A stretch of 64,000 bases of DNA. Source: a virus. Location: positions 1 to 64,000 of the IMG/VR virus record IMGVR_UViG_3300008448_000012; one strand, written 5' to 3'. The translations under genes were made by a program, and so were the position numbers. Of the stretch, positions 36,901 through 45,967 are shown one piece after another (positions within the stretch are counted from its first letter, which is position 1; each line of letters begins with the position of its first letter). The notes under the pieces were generated by a model. It was given only the letters and a program-made list of their open reading frames with translations, did not search any database and was not told the DNA's origin.

Positions 36901-38886
36901 AATCTATTAAATGAGAATACATCAGTTGGGATAATTTTTGGAGGAGATGTATTCATTAACAAGTTCTCTTTTAAAACTAAACTTCCTTTCTTTATTGATA
37001 ATAGGGTTGGAGCTCCTGATGATAGTGACATTTTTTATGATGAAATAGGTAATGTTGCATATCCTAAATACTGGCACTCAGCTAGGTCTATTCTAAGCAG
37101 TTATACAACAACAGTTACGCCTGTAAAAACCATGGATAATATTATTTCAGTCAAGGCTCACAACTTTGATTGTCCTAATAGCCAAGCTGAGGGTAGCCCT
37201 GGAAGAACATTTTATGACGGAAGTTTTTATCTTTTTGCCTATGGGATTCCTACATTCTATTGTGAGTCGACAGTGAATGTAGATCTTAGGCAAGCTTTTA
37301 ATAATAGAGAGGGTGATTTCTACCCACACGTGAGCACGGGTATTCCTGATCAATGGTTGCAAGAAAGTTTTGTAACAATTGCTCAAGACAATACCTATTA
37401 TTACAATAGTACATTCTCTAAGCAAAATAAAGAGAACTCTTTCTCCCACTTACCTATCAACTGGAGTGAGGATATTTGTTTGACAAACTATCCATTTAGA
37501 GCAATCTATTCAGATAGGCAAGAAAGTTATGTTGATAATAACACAAACAATTGGCTCATCTATAGACCAATATCATCATTTGACTTTCCACAGAACTACG
37601 GAAAGCTTACATCTCTTGATGGTATTCAGAATAGGGCTATTCTTGCTAGGTTTGAGAACAAGAGCTTGTTGTACAACACAATGTTGACAATCAACACAAG
37701 CAATCCTCAAGCTGCCTATCTGGGAAATGATACATTGTTTAAAAGCTCTCCTCCCATTGATTTTGCAGAAACAGATCTTGGATATGTAGGAAGTCAGAAC
37801 AAGATGCTTCTGAAAATTCCTCAAGGACAGATTACAGTGGATGCTAAACGTGGACAAGTGTTTCTTATTGCAGGAAACCAAGCTACAGATTTGTCAGCAT
37901 TTGGTTCTGGATTGAATAGGTTCTTTACAGATCATCTTGCATTTGAGATTCTTCGTCACTATCCAAACGTACCTACAGATAACCATTTCAATGGTGTAGG
38001 ATTGCATGGCGTATATGACAGTAAGTATGATAGGGTGATAATTACAAAGCTTGATTACATCCCATTGACAAACAACATCAAGTATGATGCTGCAACAAAT
38101 GAGTTCTATGTAGAAAATACATTTGGTCAAACTGTTATAAAAACTGTTGTTTATTTAACAGATAATACTTATTTTTGTAACAAGTCTTGGACACTGTCAT
38201 TTAATATGAACACCCAGTCTTGGGTAAGTTTCCATAGCTATATTCCAAATTGGTATATCGCTGAGAATAACTTCTTCTATTCTGGACTGAATGAAGGTTG
38301 TGATCTTGAACTGATTGCAGCTCAAGAAGTTCCAACAACTACAACTACATCCACTACAACAACCACTCCTGTTTATGATTGTACATTGACAGGAGAAGCA
38401 AGAACAATAAACTGTGAATTGATAGGAACAGCAGAAGTAGTAGGAAATTGTACATTTACAGGAACTGCTCAATTGTATCTATCATTTACAGTGGGTGCTC
38501 CTAGTGGTCAGGCTAGTGCAACTTGTCCTGCAAGTTTGATTGGATGGAGGGTTGACACATGGTATGTTGTAAATGGTGACATATATTCATTTGGAACTAC
38601 AGAGACATTCTCTGTTCCTGCTGGAAGTCTTGTAACAATAGAATCTGTTGTAGCTGATGATTACTACATCTACAATCCTGGAGCAGGTTTCCAATATTGT
38701 GACTTGAGATTCAAACCTTACATAGACGCTACAATCAATGGTTCAACAACTACCACTTATGGTACAGAGATTGTTCAGGGTCTTACAGAAGGCACATCAA
38801 CACCTCACTCATCAACACTTACATATACATTTAATCCAACACAAGGCAACACATACAGCTTTGTAGCGTATTCAGTTCAAGCTTAA
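33907..38886 (+). CDS. tail stabilisation / muzzle-like protein
   Basis: ~1660 aa starting MAEQEQS; GLNMD, YWTDG, GxYQF, WVSFHSY motifs; Thr linker and C-terminal appended domain. Confidence 0.7.
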   Translation: MAEQEQSNIRQESNVATTGLNMDQTVNQVKKGQLTYALNAAVENFDATSVNYQNEPGNELCFEFPQGYHLIGEHFINEKNKHIFFLTNPETGESEIGYMDNNDCVYRTYVNANCLNFNIDYPIHKAVHKITNCTTEIYWTDGFNSRRYLDLENLPYKIQEGTDVCDNKTTTEIDCNKLNIQPNFNIPNLEITNVINGGNLIAGTYQFAIQYCDANGGAYTSYYSVTNPTPIANPQFTTPDFNYPVGRSIVVDITNIDVTGYYKYYNVAVIKTVNDITSVELVGTYFIDDSSNQITYTGQNQTQIRLTINDIFEKFPYYDIAQDLTAVQDVLVWDNLTSIDRINYQQIANQIDLKWQTYKLPANEDYSDELNATNLRGYLRDEVYAFEVVFLLRNGKQTDGFHIPGREISYSELIQPDVPNTNPDFIGEGTSAPYWKIYNTASVIGAATGPNIGNATPYEYGEFAYWESTEVYPCNDAVWGSLANQPIRHHKFPDVLVSPIFESGTPTISYSGTYTNLKMENAAIYPIGLRIDVPQVYQAIAASNLTQEQKESVIGFKIVRGNRSTNSSIIAKGILRNIGEYEREGTSYYFPNYPYNDLRKDPFLLQENNAFDAVCREYQVTITATGKLNYYSCDTGLPVVDDVTIGDVVNICSTSFPKFSDSATGTITATNYGTYNLCTIVGNAGNRFSYFPPDADKPTVIWVPGNLFTTNCEVVDSITKPIFIEGSDRYTITLLSENTGVLNCTVSVDQLDAFATDKSKYRFVFNSPETSFGKPFLGSVLKLENAIYGAGSGHFVQVNKNAMYKLITEEAQRDALKSSEKIADITSPFSPTAMFTAYQAYLQIYINGITRRNYAKSYNSIAKYNYSASIDNNLGVKQREIDITQYLSPGVQNVGDDLNVNNFNRESSVYIKTIQEKEGLPVVSLPYPSYTPNLLVGGGTTPAIEDKSRYTISERGNCLKPEKQFDISTVTYYGSIKNIFVNQWGQMYSYETIDTGFQNLLNENTSVGIIFGGDVFINKFSFKTKLPFFIDNRVGAPDDSDIFYDEIGNVAYPKYWHSARSILSSYTTTVTPVKTMDNIISVKAHNFDCPNSQAEGSPGRTFYDGSFYLFAYGIPTFYCESTVNVDLRQAFNNREGDFYPHVSTGIPDQWLQESFVTIAQDNTYYYNSTFSKQNKENSFSHLPINWSEDICLTNYPFRAIYSDRQESYVDNNTNNWLIYRPISSFDFPQNYGKLTSLDGIQNRAILARFENKSLLYNTMLTINTSNPQAAYLGNDTLFKSSPPIDFAETDLGYVGSQNKMLLKIPQGQITVDAKRGQVFLIAGNQATDLSAFGSGLNRFFTDHLAFEILRHYPNVPTDNHFNGVGLHGVYDSKYDRVIITKLDYIPLTNNIKYDAATNEFYVENTFGQTVIKTVVYLTDNTYFCNKSWTLSFNMNTQSWVSFHSYIPNWYIAENNFFYSGLNEGCDLELIAAQEVPTTTTTSTTTTTPVYDCTLTGEARTINCELIGTAEVVGNCTFTGTAQLYLSFTVGAPSGQASATCPASLIGWRVDTWYVVNGDIYSFGTTETFSVPAGSLVTIESVVADDYYIYNPGAGFQYCDLRFKPYIDATINGSTTTTYGTEIVQGLTEGTSTPHSSTLTYTFNPTQGNTYSFVAYSVQA

Positions 38887-38896
38887 AATAAAAAAT

Positions 38897-39376
38897 ATGG
38901 CACTTACAGTACTTATAACATTAACTTCAGCAGGATCAGATACAGGACCCTTCGACTTATATTCAGATGTTGATGGGTATATAGTACCATTTGAATCTGC
39001 TGTTCCAAAAGCATCTCTTCTTGCAGGATATAGCTCTACAGTGGTTCCTGATGGAACAACTATAATTAGGGTGAAGTCTGTAAGTGTCCTTTGTACAAAT
39101 TATATAGATTTGCCTGTTGCAGGTGCAACCACTACAACAACTACCACTACCACTGCACCTTTCTCTTGTGCTGATTGTAGAAACTGGCAGTATGTAGGAG
39201 AGACTATTCCTGTAGAAGGTGGTGTGATAAATTACTACAGGTGTAGTGATGGTGCTCCTCAAACAATTGTTTTGAGTAGTGGTGATCCTAGTGGATCTTT
39301 CTGTAACTGTAACTCTTCAGGAACACCTACTGGTGGAGGCATCACTCTTACAGAAGTGGGCATTTGTGTACCTTAA
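38897..39376 (+). CDS. virion decoration-like protein, Thr linker and Cys-rich domain
   Basis: VLITLTSAGSDTGPFDLYS, T9 run. Confidence 0.7.
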   Translation: MALTVLITLTSAGSDTGPFDLYSDVDGYIVPFESAVPKASLLAGYSSTVVPDGTTIIRVKSVSVLCTNYIDLPVAGATTTTTTTTTAPFSCADCRNWQYVGETIPVEGGVINYYRCSDGAPQTIVLSSGDPSGSFCNCNSSGTPTGGGITLTEVGICVP

Positions 39377-39387
39377 TAAGATTGTAA

Positions 39388-40260
39388 ATGGCTAAGACAA
39401 TTATCATAAAGTTAAAAAAGGCTGGCAGCAGACTTACAAAATTTTCAATCTCTGATAATTTTGGGAATGTGCTTGCAACAGATGTGGGTAAACCACAGTT
39501 GATTAATGGTCTTGCATTAAGTGTTGCAGATGATGTCACTGTAATTGTTGTTACATCAACTGGAGCAGATTGCTGTTCAAAATCTTGGAATATTCCTGTT
39601 ACAACAATCACTCTTCCAGAACTTGCAAGTATTAAGTATGTTGAATCAAACACATCAAGTTTGTGGACACATCTGCTTAATCCTGTAACATACAACAAGT
39701 TTTATGGATGTATACAACCTTATATAATAGAATATCCTTTTGCCTATCAGTATTATGATGAGATTTTGCAGAACGTAAAGGATTATACAAAGGTTTACAG
39801 ATACCTTCCTACAGACGATGGTATATTCAATTGGAACAGGAAGGTGGAAACAGACAATCAGTATTTCAATAAAGCAGTGTTGTACAATGGGCAACAGTCT
39901 TCAGGTGTTCTTGAACTTGTTCCCAAGCCAATGAACAATCTGAGTGAGTATTTGAAATACCCAATATACAATACAGAGAGTAAAACTATCACATTCACAA
40001 AGAGTGATAATTTCTATCAGTATAACACATTCTGGGGATTGGTGAAAGATAAATCAGTTCCCCTGTTTACAAAAAGCTGCGAGAGTCTTTCTATAGACAA
40101 GATTGTAAACCAAGCAAACATGGACTATGGAAAGAGGTCATTTAAAAAAGAACCTCTCAGAGCTAAAGAATTAAAGGTGAGACATATATTAGATAACAAA
40201 TCTGATATACATTTGACAAGCCAATTTATCATTGCTCCTGCACAAATCTCCTACAAGTAA
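39388..40260 (+). CDS. tail protein, possibly the separated C-terminal part of the muzzle
   Basis: LWTH...YNKFYG...PYIIE...FNKAVLYNGQQSSG. Confidence 0.6.
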   Translation: MAKTIIIKLKKAGSRLTKFSISDNFGNVLATDVGKPQLINGLALSVADDVTVIVVTSTGADCCSKSWNIPVTTITLPELASIKYVESNTSSLWTHLLNPVTYNKFYGCIQPYIIEYPFAYQYYDEILQNVKDYTKVYRYLPTDDGIFNWNRKVETDNQYFNKAVLYNGQQSSGVLELVPKPMNNLSEYLKYPIYNTESKTITFTKSDNFYQYNTFWGLVKDKSVPLFTKSCESLSIDKIVNQANMDYGKRSFKKEPLRAKELKVRHILDNKSDIHLTSQFIIAPAQISYK

Positions 40261-40261
40261 G

Positions 40262-42316
40262 ATGGCAAAGAAGAAACAACAACTAGGTGGTTATGTTTAT
40301 CCTGTAAACTACGTTCCTCAAAAGAAGAACGGTGGATGGCTTGATGAGTTTGAGGATGTTCCTCAAGCTCAATTTGGCATAAATTCTTTTCCTACAAACG
40401 TTATTATAGAAAAAGTAGCAGGTCTTTTTGGTGGTGACAAATATTCTCGTCCAGATGAAATTGATATAAAAGATTTTAGGAAAATAAGAAAAACAACAAA
40501 TAAAAAAATTGATCCAAATTCAGATCTTGTTTCTGGAAAATATGATACAAGGTTAATTGGTGAAATGTTGGACCAAGCAAAAGAGTTTGGAATAAGCAAA
40601 GAAGATGCTTGGAATCTTGCTGCAATAGGACTTCAAGAATCTGGATGGGGAAAAACTGATAGTAATCTAGGACACGTAATTGGAGATATTTCACAAGGAG
40701 ATACAGAACATCCTTTTATCAATGCTTATTTAAATAAGATGAAGGATGCAGATAGATTGAAAATTACAAATCCTGAGTTGCGTTTGCAGGTTTATAATGG
40801 TCTTGGTGTAGTTAAACCAGAAACAGAACAAAACTATCATGGATTTAAGATGAAGAAAATCTATGGTGTACCTGTTCCAAAGGAAGGAATAAACATGAAG
40901 AAAACTCCTTTGTATGGTAGACAGATAATTGACATCAGAGACAATGTTTTGAAAAAGAATCCAGAGGTAGTTAAATTTGTAGACTCCTACTATCCAGAAG
41001 AAAAACAATATGGCGGTAGTGTAGAATCCACTATGGGTGGATTGACAGATAAAGGATTTAATTACAATGGTGCATGGGGTGGTCCTTCTATGCAAATGGG
41101 TGGTTCTATGCCTGGTGCTGTAGGATTCACATACGCACGTACAATTAATCCTGCTCCTAGCAAGGGTAAGTATGCAAAGAAGACAATGGCTAGTGCACAG
41201 AATGGACAGGAGATGAAATTCTACCAAGAAGGACTTGATTGGACTCCAAAGAATATTAGTAGAGATGGAAGTGAAATTCCACAAGCTCAATTTGGAATAC
41301 AAGGTATACTTCCTACACCAGCTCAATATCAAAAGTTTGCAGAAAATGTAGGAGAGTTGTTATCTGTTCCACAGAAAGCTATAACATCCCTTTTCTCTGG
41401 AAAGTATCAAGCTCCTTCAGAGGCATTAGATATTAAGAATAAAGCTGCTGCAATTGCTACAGATATAGCCCTTGATCCTTTAAATTTAATACTTGGTGGA
41501 GGAGCTGCTTCAAAAGCTACTAAAGCTAGTATGAAATCTGGAGCACTAAGTAAAGCTTATGAAATAAATCCTTGGGCAGTTAAAGAGAACCCTGAAATGT
41601 TTCTTTATAGGGCAAGACCAGTAGGTCAAGATGTTAATATGAATATGGCAGCTCAATTAAAAGCTAAAGAAGCAGCTGGCGAACCTCTTACTTGGTGGCA
41701 AAAAAACCTATTAAATAAACAAACCAATCCACAAATGACCGCTAGAGAAAAGTATTACGGTCAGTGGTTTGAAAAAGATCCTTCAAGATTAGATTTTTAT
41801 ATAGATCCTTCTACAAGAAACTTTGCAGATAATGATGCTATAGAAATACTCAGAACAAAATTACCTAAATCAGAAGCAGATAAATTAAATGTTTCTCAAT
41901 TTTCTGATGCCAAGATTTTGTCAGCATCACCTGAAACAGAATTTATTCTACCTAAAGACATGATAGAATCTGCTGAAAGATTTCCTGAAAGTTCTTGGAA
42001 ACAACTTATACAACAAGATAAAGAATTTAATACTCCTCATTGGCTAAAAGGATATAAAGAAGTTAAATCTCCAAAGAAAAAAGAAAAAGGTGGAGAGATA
42101 AAGAAAGATGACATGGGTTATTGGAACCCAGAGAATTGGGGAGAGCCTGTAGAGATAGGAAGTAATGAAATAACAATGCAAGGAGTGTATCAACCTCTTC
42201 TTGGTATATCTGATACAGGAGATGTACAAATGATGTATCCTGGGGAAGATTATACATTTAATGGAAAAAAAGTTACAGAATACCCTGTAACAAATTGGTT
42301 AGATGAATTTGAATAA
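40262..42316 (+). CDS. modular cargo-like protein with lysozyme/transglycosylase-like and ART-like modules
   Basis: AIGLQESGWG...YNG; LYR...GQWF...ETEFIL; repeated xQxG(G) linkers. Confidence 0.6.
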   Translation: MAKKKQQLGGYVYPVNYVPQKKNGGWLDEFEDVPQAQFGINSFPTNVIIEKVAGLFGGDKYSRPDEIDIKDFRKIRKTTNKKIDPNSDLVSGKYDTRLIGEMLDQAKEFGISKEDAWNLAAIGLQESGWGKTDSNLGHVIGDISQGDTEHPFINAYLNKMKDADRLKITNPELRLQVYNGLGVVKPETEQNYHGFKMKKIYGVPVPKEGINMKKTPLYGRQIIDIRDNVLKKNPEVVKFVDSYYPEEKQYGGSVESTMGGLTDKGFNYNGAWGGPSMQMGGSMPGAVGFTYARTINPAPSKGKYAKKTMASAQNGQEMKFYQEGLDWTPKNISRDGSEIPQAQFGIQGILPTPAQYQKFAENVGELLSVPQKAITSLFSGKYQAPSEALDIKNKAAAIATDIALDPLNLILGGGAASKATKASMKSGALSKAYEINPWAVKENPEMFLYRARPVGQDVNMNMAAQLKAKEAAGEPLTWWQKNLLNKQTNPQMTAREKYYGQWFEKDPSRLDFYIDPSTRNFADNDAIEILRTKLPKSEADKLNVSQFSDAKILSASPETEFILPKDMIESAERFPESSWKQLIQQDKEFNTPHWLKGYKEVKSPKKKEKGGEIKKDDMGYWNPENWGEPVEIGSNEITMQGVYQPLLGISDTGDVQMMYPGEDYTFNGKKVTEYPVTNWLDEFE

Positions 42317-42337
42317 AAACCTTTTCAATAATATAAA

Positions 42338-45259
42338 ATGAAAAAAGACATTCTGAAAATTGCTGGTGTTAAGTCCGAGAAGGAATTCTACAAGAAGTTC
42401 CCTACCAAAGAAGCTTTTATGGCTAAACATGGTGGTGCTTTTAAGAAAGCTGCCATGGGTGCTTCTATGGTTAAGAAACAATTGACACAGCTCACTGATT
42501 TTGCAAATCCTCCACAAGCTCAAGTAGGACGCAATATAAATGGTATACCTTCTCAATATCAACTTCAAACATATAATCCTTATTCTGGAAATGTACTAAA
42601 TTCTGCTACATACAATAACCAAACTGGAATGTTTAATTCTAACACAGGTCAGGTAAGTATGGCTGATACGCAAGCTGCTGGATTTAAGAATAGTGGTAAC
42701 AAAACACTTGATAGAACTATAAAAGATTTGAGTGCTAGTGATATACAATCAGGTGTTCAAATGACATCAACCATAGGATCAAATGTGCAAAAAGTAAGTA
42801 ATGCAATTAAACAGAAAAAAGAAGCAAAAAGATTAAATGCTTTAGCTCCTGTTATATTGCAAGCTTCTGGAACAAGACCAGAAGAAACAAGACGTAGGTA
42901 TGTTCGTCCTGAAGATAATCTTGTAAATCCTGGTGAACTAGCTCCTTCTTATGGAACAGGGACAAACTTCCTTGCCAAAGATGGTATGCAAATAGGAGGC
43001 AATCTTACAGAGATTCAAAACATGTACAATCCTGGAGACATATATTCTGATATGGGATATGAACCTCTTAGTGAAAGTGACGTAGTTAAGCAATATAAAA
43101 AAGGTGGATTTATTCCAAAAGCTCAATTAGGTATAATTCAAGAAGCAGTTAATACAGCAGGAGATTTAACTGCTGGGCTTATAAGTATAGGTACCAATAA
43201 ACTTAATAAGCAAAGTGAACAGATTCTTGGTCAAGCTGGTTTTCAATCAGGAATGCAGGACTTACAACAGAATCAATATTCAGGATTTATGGAAGATGGT
43301 GGATGGGTTAGTCATGATTGGCAACCACAGGTTATTGCTAAGTTTGGTGATTATGATCTGAAAGATCTTCTGAAACCTGACCCAACAATGGACACTCTTA
43401 GAACTGGTGGTAGCATCAGGAATAACTATATGGGCTATGATGAGAATATGTCAATGATGCAAATGGGAGGAGAACTCGAAACCCATTGGGGTGGTGAGGC
43501 TGAACCTATTTCATACAATCCATATCTTCCAGATGGTGGAGAAACTGTAATGTTCAGAGGACAATCTCATGAAGAAGCTGATGGTAAAGGAAGAACAGGA
43601 ATAGGTATTACATTTGGTGATAACCCTGTAGAAGTGGAAAGAGGTGAACCTGCTGTAAAGCTTCAGGATGGTGGTAGTGATGAAAGTCTTGTTGTGTTTG
43701 GTGATATGAAGATTCCTTCTTATGGAGTTAGTGAGATTGGTGATGATAAAGCTAAAAGTATGAAATTCAAGCATTACGGTAAACATTTGAGCAAGTTGGA
43801 AGATAAGCAAAATAAAACTATCAATAAATCACTTAGTCTGATTGACTCTATAGATAGCGATAGTCCTTTTGATCTTCTCAAGCTTAACTCAGGAAAAATG
43901 TCATTGGTTGGTGCAGACATGAAGCTTAAGGATTTGGCTATGAAGAAACAAACATTGGCAAATGTTCAGAATGCAATTCTTGATACAGCAGATGAATATG
44001 GTTTGGAAAGTGCTGAGCTTGCTAAGGGTAATATTAAACAAGCCAAGCTTGGTGCTAAATTGAAAACTGCACAATTTGGATTTCAATCAAACACTCCTCC
44101 TTGGCAATCTCCAGAACCTCTTCCTTTCTTTAGAGGTCCAGGTTATGGTATCACTCCTTCAGTTGATGTGAAATCAGCCTCTGCAAAAACAGCTACAAAA
44201 AGCTCAAGTACTAAATCAAGCAGTTCTACAAAAGGTGGTTCTAAAAGTTCAACTAAAGAAGTTTCAACTAAATCACCTGAACCAGTATCTTTAATGCGTA
44301 ACCCTTCAGATAATGCGTATGAGGCATTTACTAAAAGATGGGATGCATATGCACAACCAAAAGCACCATTGATAACAGTACCTTACAAATCAGCTGAAGC
44401 AGAAAAAAGATCTACAGAAGCAATTAAGAAAGAAGGTGAAAAGAAATCAGATAAGTCAACTAGTTCTTCAGAAACTGCTAAGAAAGATAAATTTGATTTG
44501 AATAATCTTTTGGATATGGCTGCTCCATATCTGAGACATATGATTAAGAACCCTTTTGATCCTACTCAAATTATGGCAGAAGCTGCTTCTTTTGCACTGC
44601 TTGATAAAAATGGTGTACAAGCACAAACATTCCAACCACTATTGGAACAAATAACAAGCATATCATTACAAGATCAATTGAATGAAATCCAAGCTGATGT
44701 AAATGCTTCAAAAAGAATGGTTGGAAACAATCCTGCTGCTCTTGCTATGATTGATGCTCAAGCTGCTGCTGCCAAGAATAAAGTTCTGGGAGAGCAATTC
44801 AGAACAAATCAAATGCTTCAAGCAGAGACCAGAAGAAGGAATCTTGGATTGTTGAATGATGCTACATTGAAGAATATGGCTATTCTTGATCAACAATATG
44901 TTAGGGGATCTGAATCTGAGTCTAGAAGAAAAGCACAAGCAATTACAGCACTTAGTTCTATTGCTGATAAGATTGCAAAGAATAAGGCTGAGACACTCCA
45001 AGCCAATGTTATGGCAAATATGTATCCACAATACACATTTGGTCCTAAGGGAAGAATCTATAACACTGGATTGACAAGGTTTAATATTCCTGACGATGTT
45101 GGAGCAGATGAACTTACTGATACTCAGAAAGACCAAATAAGAAAACTGAACGAAAAAATAGTTACTAAATCAGGTACTGGAGAAGTTAAAAGTATTAAAG
45201 AAAAAGAACAGACTAAATCCAGGAATGGTTCTATTGTAAAAGCACTTAAAAACTTCTAA
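42338..45259 (+). CDS. cargo / ejection-like protein with xxxGG repeats
   Basis: 973 aa, GQSHE...G..VEVE.GE segment, about 11 motif repeats. Confidence 0.65.
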   Translation: MKKDILKIAGVKSEKEFYKKFPTKEAFMAKHGGAFKKAAMGASMVKKQLTQLTDFANPPQAQVGRNINGIPSQYQLQTYNPYSGNVLNSATYNNQTGMFNSNTGQVSMADTQAAGFKNSGNKTLDRTIKDLSASDIQSGVQMTSTIGSNVQKVSNAIKQKKEAKRLNALAPVILQASGTRPEETRRRYVRPEDNLVNPGELAPSYGTGTNFLAKDGMQIGGNLTEIQNMYNPGDIYSDMGYEPLSESDVVKQYKKGGFIPKAQLGIIQEAVNTAGDLTAGLISIGTNKLNKQSEQILGQAGFQSGMQDLQQNQYSGFMEDGGWVSHDWQPQVIAKFGDYDLKDLLKPDPTMDTLRTGGSIRNNYMGYDENMSMMQMGGELETHWGGEAEPISYNPYLPDGGETVMFRGQSHEEADGKGRTGIGITFGDNPVEVERGEPAVKLQDGGSDESLVVFGDMKIPSYGVSEIGDDKAKSMKFKHYGKHLSKLEDKQNKTINKSLSLIDSIDSDSPFDLLKLNSGKMSLVGADMKLKDLAMKKQTLANVQNAILDTADEYGLESAELAKGNIKQAKLGAKLKTAQFGFQSNTPPWQSPEPLPFFRGPGYGITPSVDVKSASAKTATKSSSTKSSSSTKGGSKSSTKEVSTKSPEPVSLMRNPSDNAYEAFTKRWDAYAQPKAPLITVPYKSAEAEKRSTEAIKKEGEKKSDKSTSSSETAKKDKFDLNNLLDMAAPYLRHMIKNPFDPTQIMAEAASFALLDKNGVQAQTFQPLLEQITSISLQDQLNEIQADVNASKRMVGNNPAALAMIDAQAAAAKNKVLGEQFRTNQMLQAETRRRNLGLLNDATLKNMAILDQQYVRGSESESRRKAQAITALSSIADKIAKNKAETLQANVMANMYPQYTFGPKGRIYNTGLTRFNIPDDVGADELTDTQKDQIRKLNEKIVTKSGTGEVKSIKEKEQTKSRNGSIVKALKNF

Positions 45260-45300
45260 CTCATTCAGTTATACCAACTTACCAAGTTTCGTTAGGATGT

Positions 45301-45332
45301 CTTGGTTATTATAATATTTTAAATTACATTTG
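45301..45332 (+). promoter_or_regulatory. Bacteroidota sigma-A promoter
   Basis: CTTG-N20-TACATTTG. Confidence 0.65.
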
Positions 45333-45347
45333 CTAACTTAATCTATC

Positions 45348-45965
45348 ATGGCTTCATTTACAGGAATAATTTATCTCACTATTAACCAAATAAACGGAAA
45401 AGTTTATGTTGGACAAACTGGTGTTGATAGTAGTTCCTATATAGGAAGTGGTAAAGCAATGTTAAAAGCTATTAAAAAGTACGGAAAGTCAAACTTCATT
45501 AAAACAATACTTAGAGATAGCATAAAATCTTTAGAAGAATTAAATTTCTGGGAGGATTTTTATATAAGATTATTTGATTCTAGAAATCCAAAAATTGGAT
45601 ATAATATTCGTCCTGGTGGAAAGAATTCTAAATTTAAACACACTCCTGAATCTATTGTAAAAATTAAAAAAAGAAGTAATCAAGAAGATAACAGATTGAG
45701 AATCAGACAAATACAAAAAGTTGCAGCTGATACCAGAAAAGGGACGCATCATTCTAAAGAAGCAAAATTAAGAATAATGTCTACTAAATTTGGGCATGTT
45801 AAAGAAATAGAAATATATAAAAAGGATGGTGAGGTTTTATATACGTGCAATTTTTCAACTGAAGCTTCTGATCTTACTGGAGTAAAAAGAGCAGCAATTG
45901 CCAATAATCTTGCTGGTCTTTCTAAATCCGCAGGAGGATATATTTTTAAATATAAAAACAATTAA
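45348..45965 (+). CDS. free-standing GIY-YIG homing endonuclease (NUMOD3/NUMOD1-like tail)
   Basis: IIYLTINQINGKVYVGQ, YIGSG, E.FYI, GYNI..GG, HTPES, SAGGYIFKY. Confidence 0.92.
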   Translation: MASFTGIIYLTINQINGKVYVGQTGVDSSSYIGSGKAMLKAIKKYGKSNFIKTILRDSIKSLEELNFWEDFYIRLFDSRNPKIGYNIRPGGKNSKFKHTPESIVKIKKRSNQEDNRLRIRQIQKVAADTRKGTHHSKEAKLRIMSTKFGHVKEIEIYKKDGEVLYTCNFSTEASDLTGVKRAAIANNLAGLSKSAGGYIFKYKNN

Positions 45966-45967
45966 CA

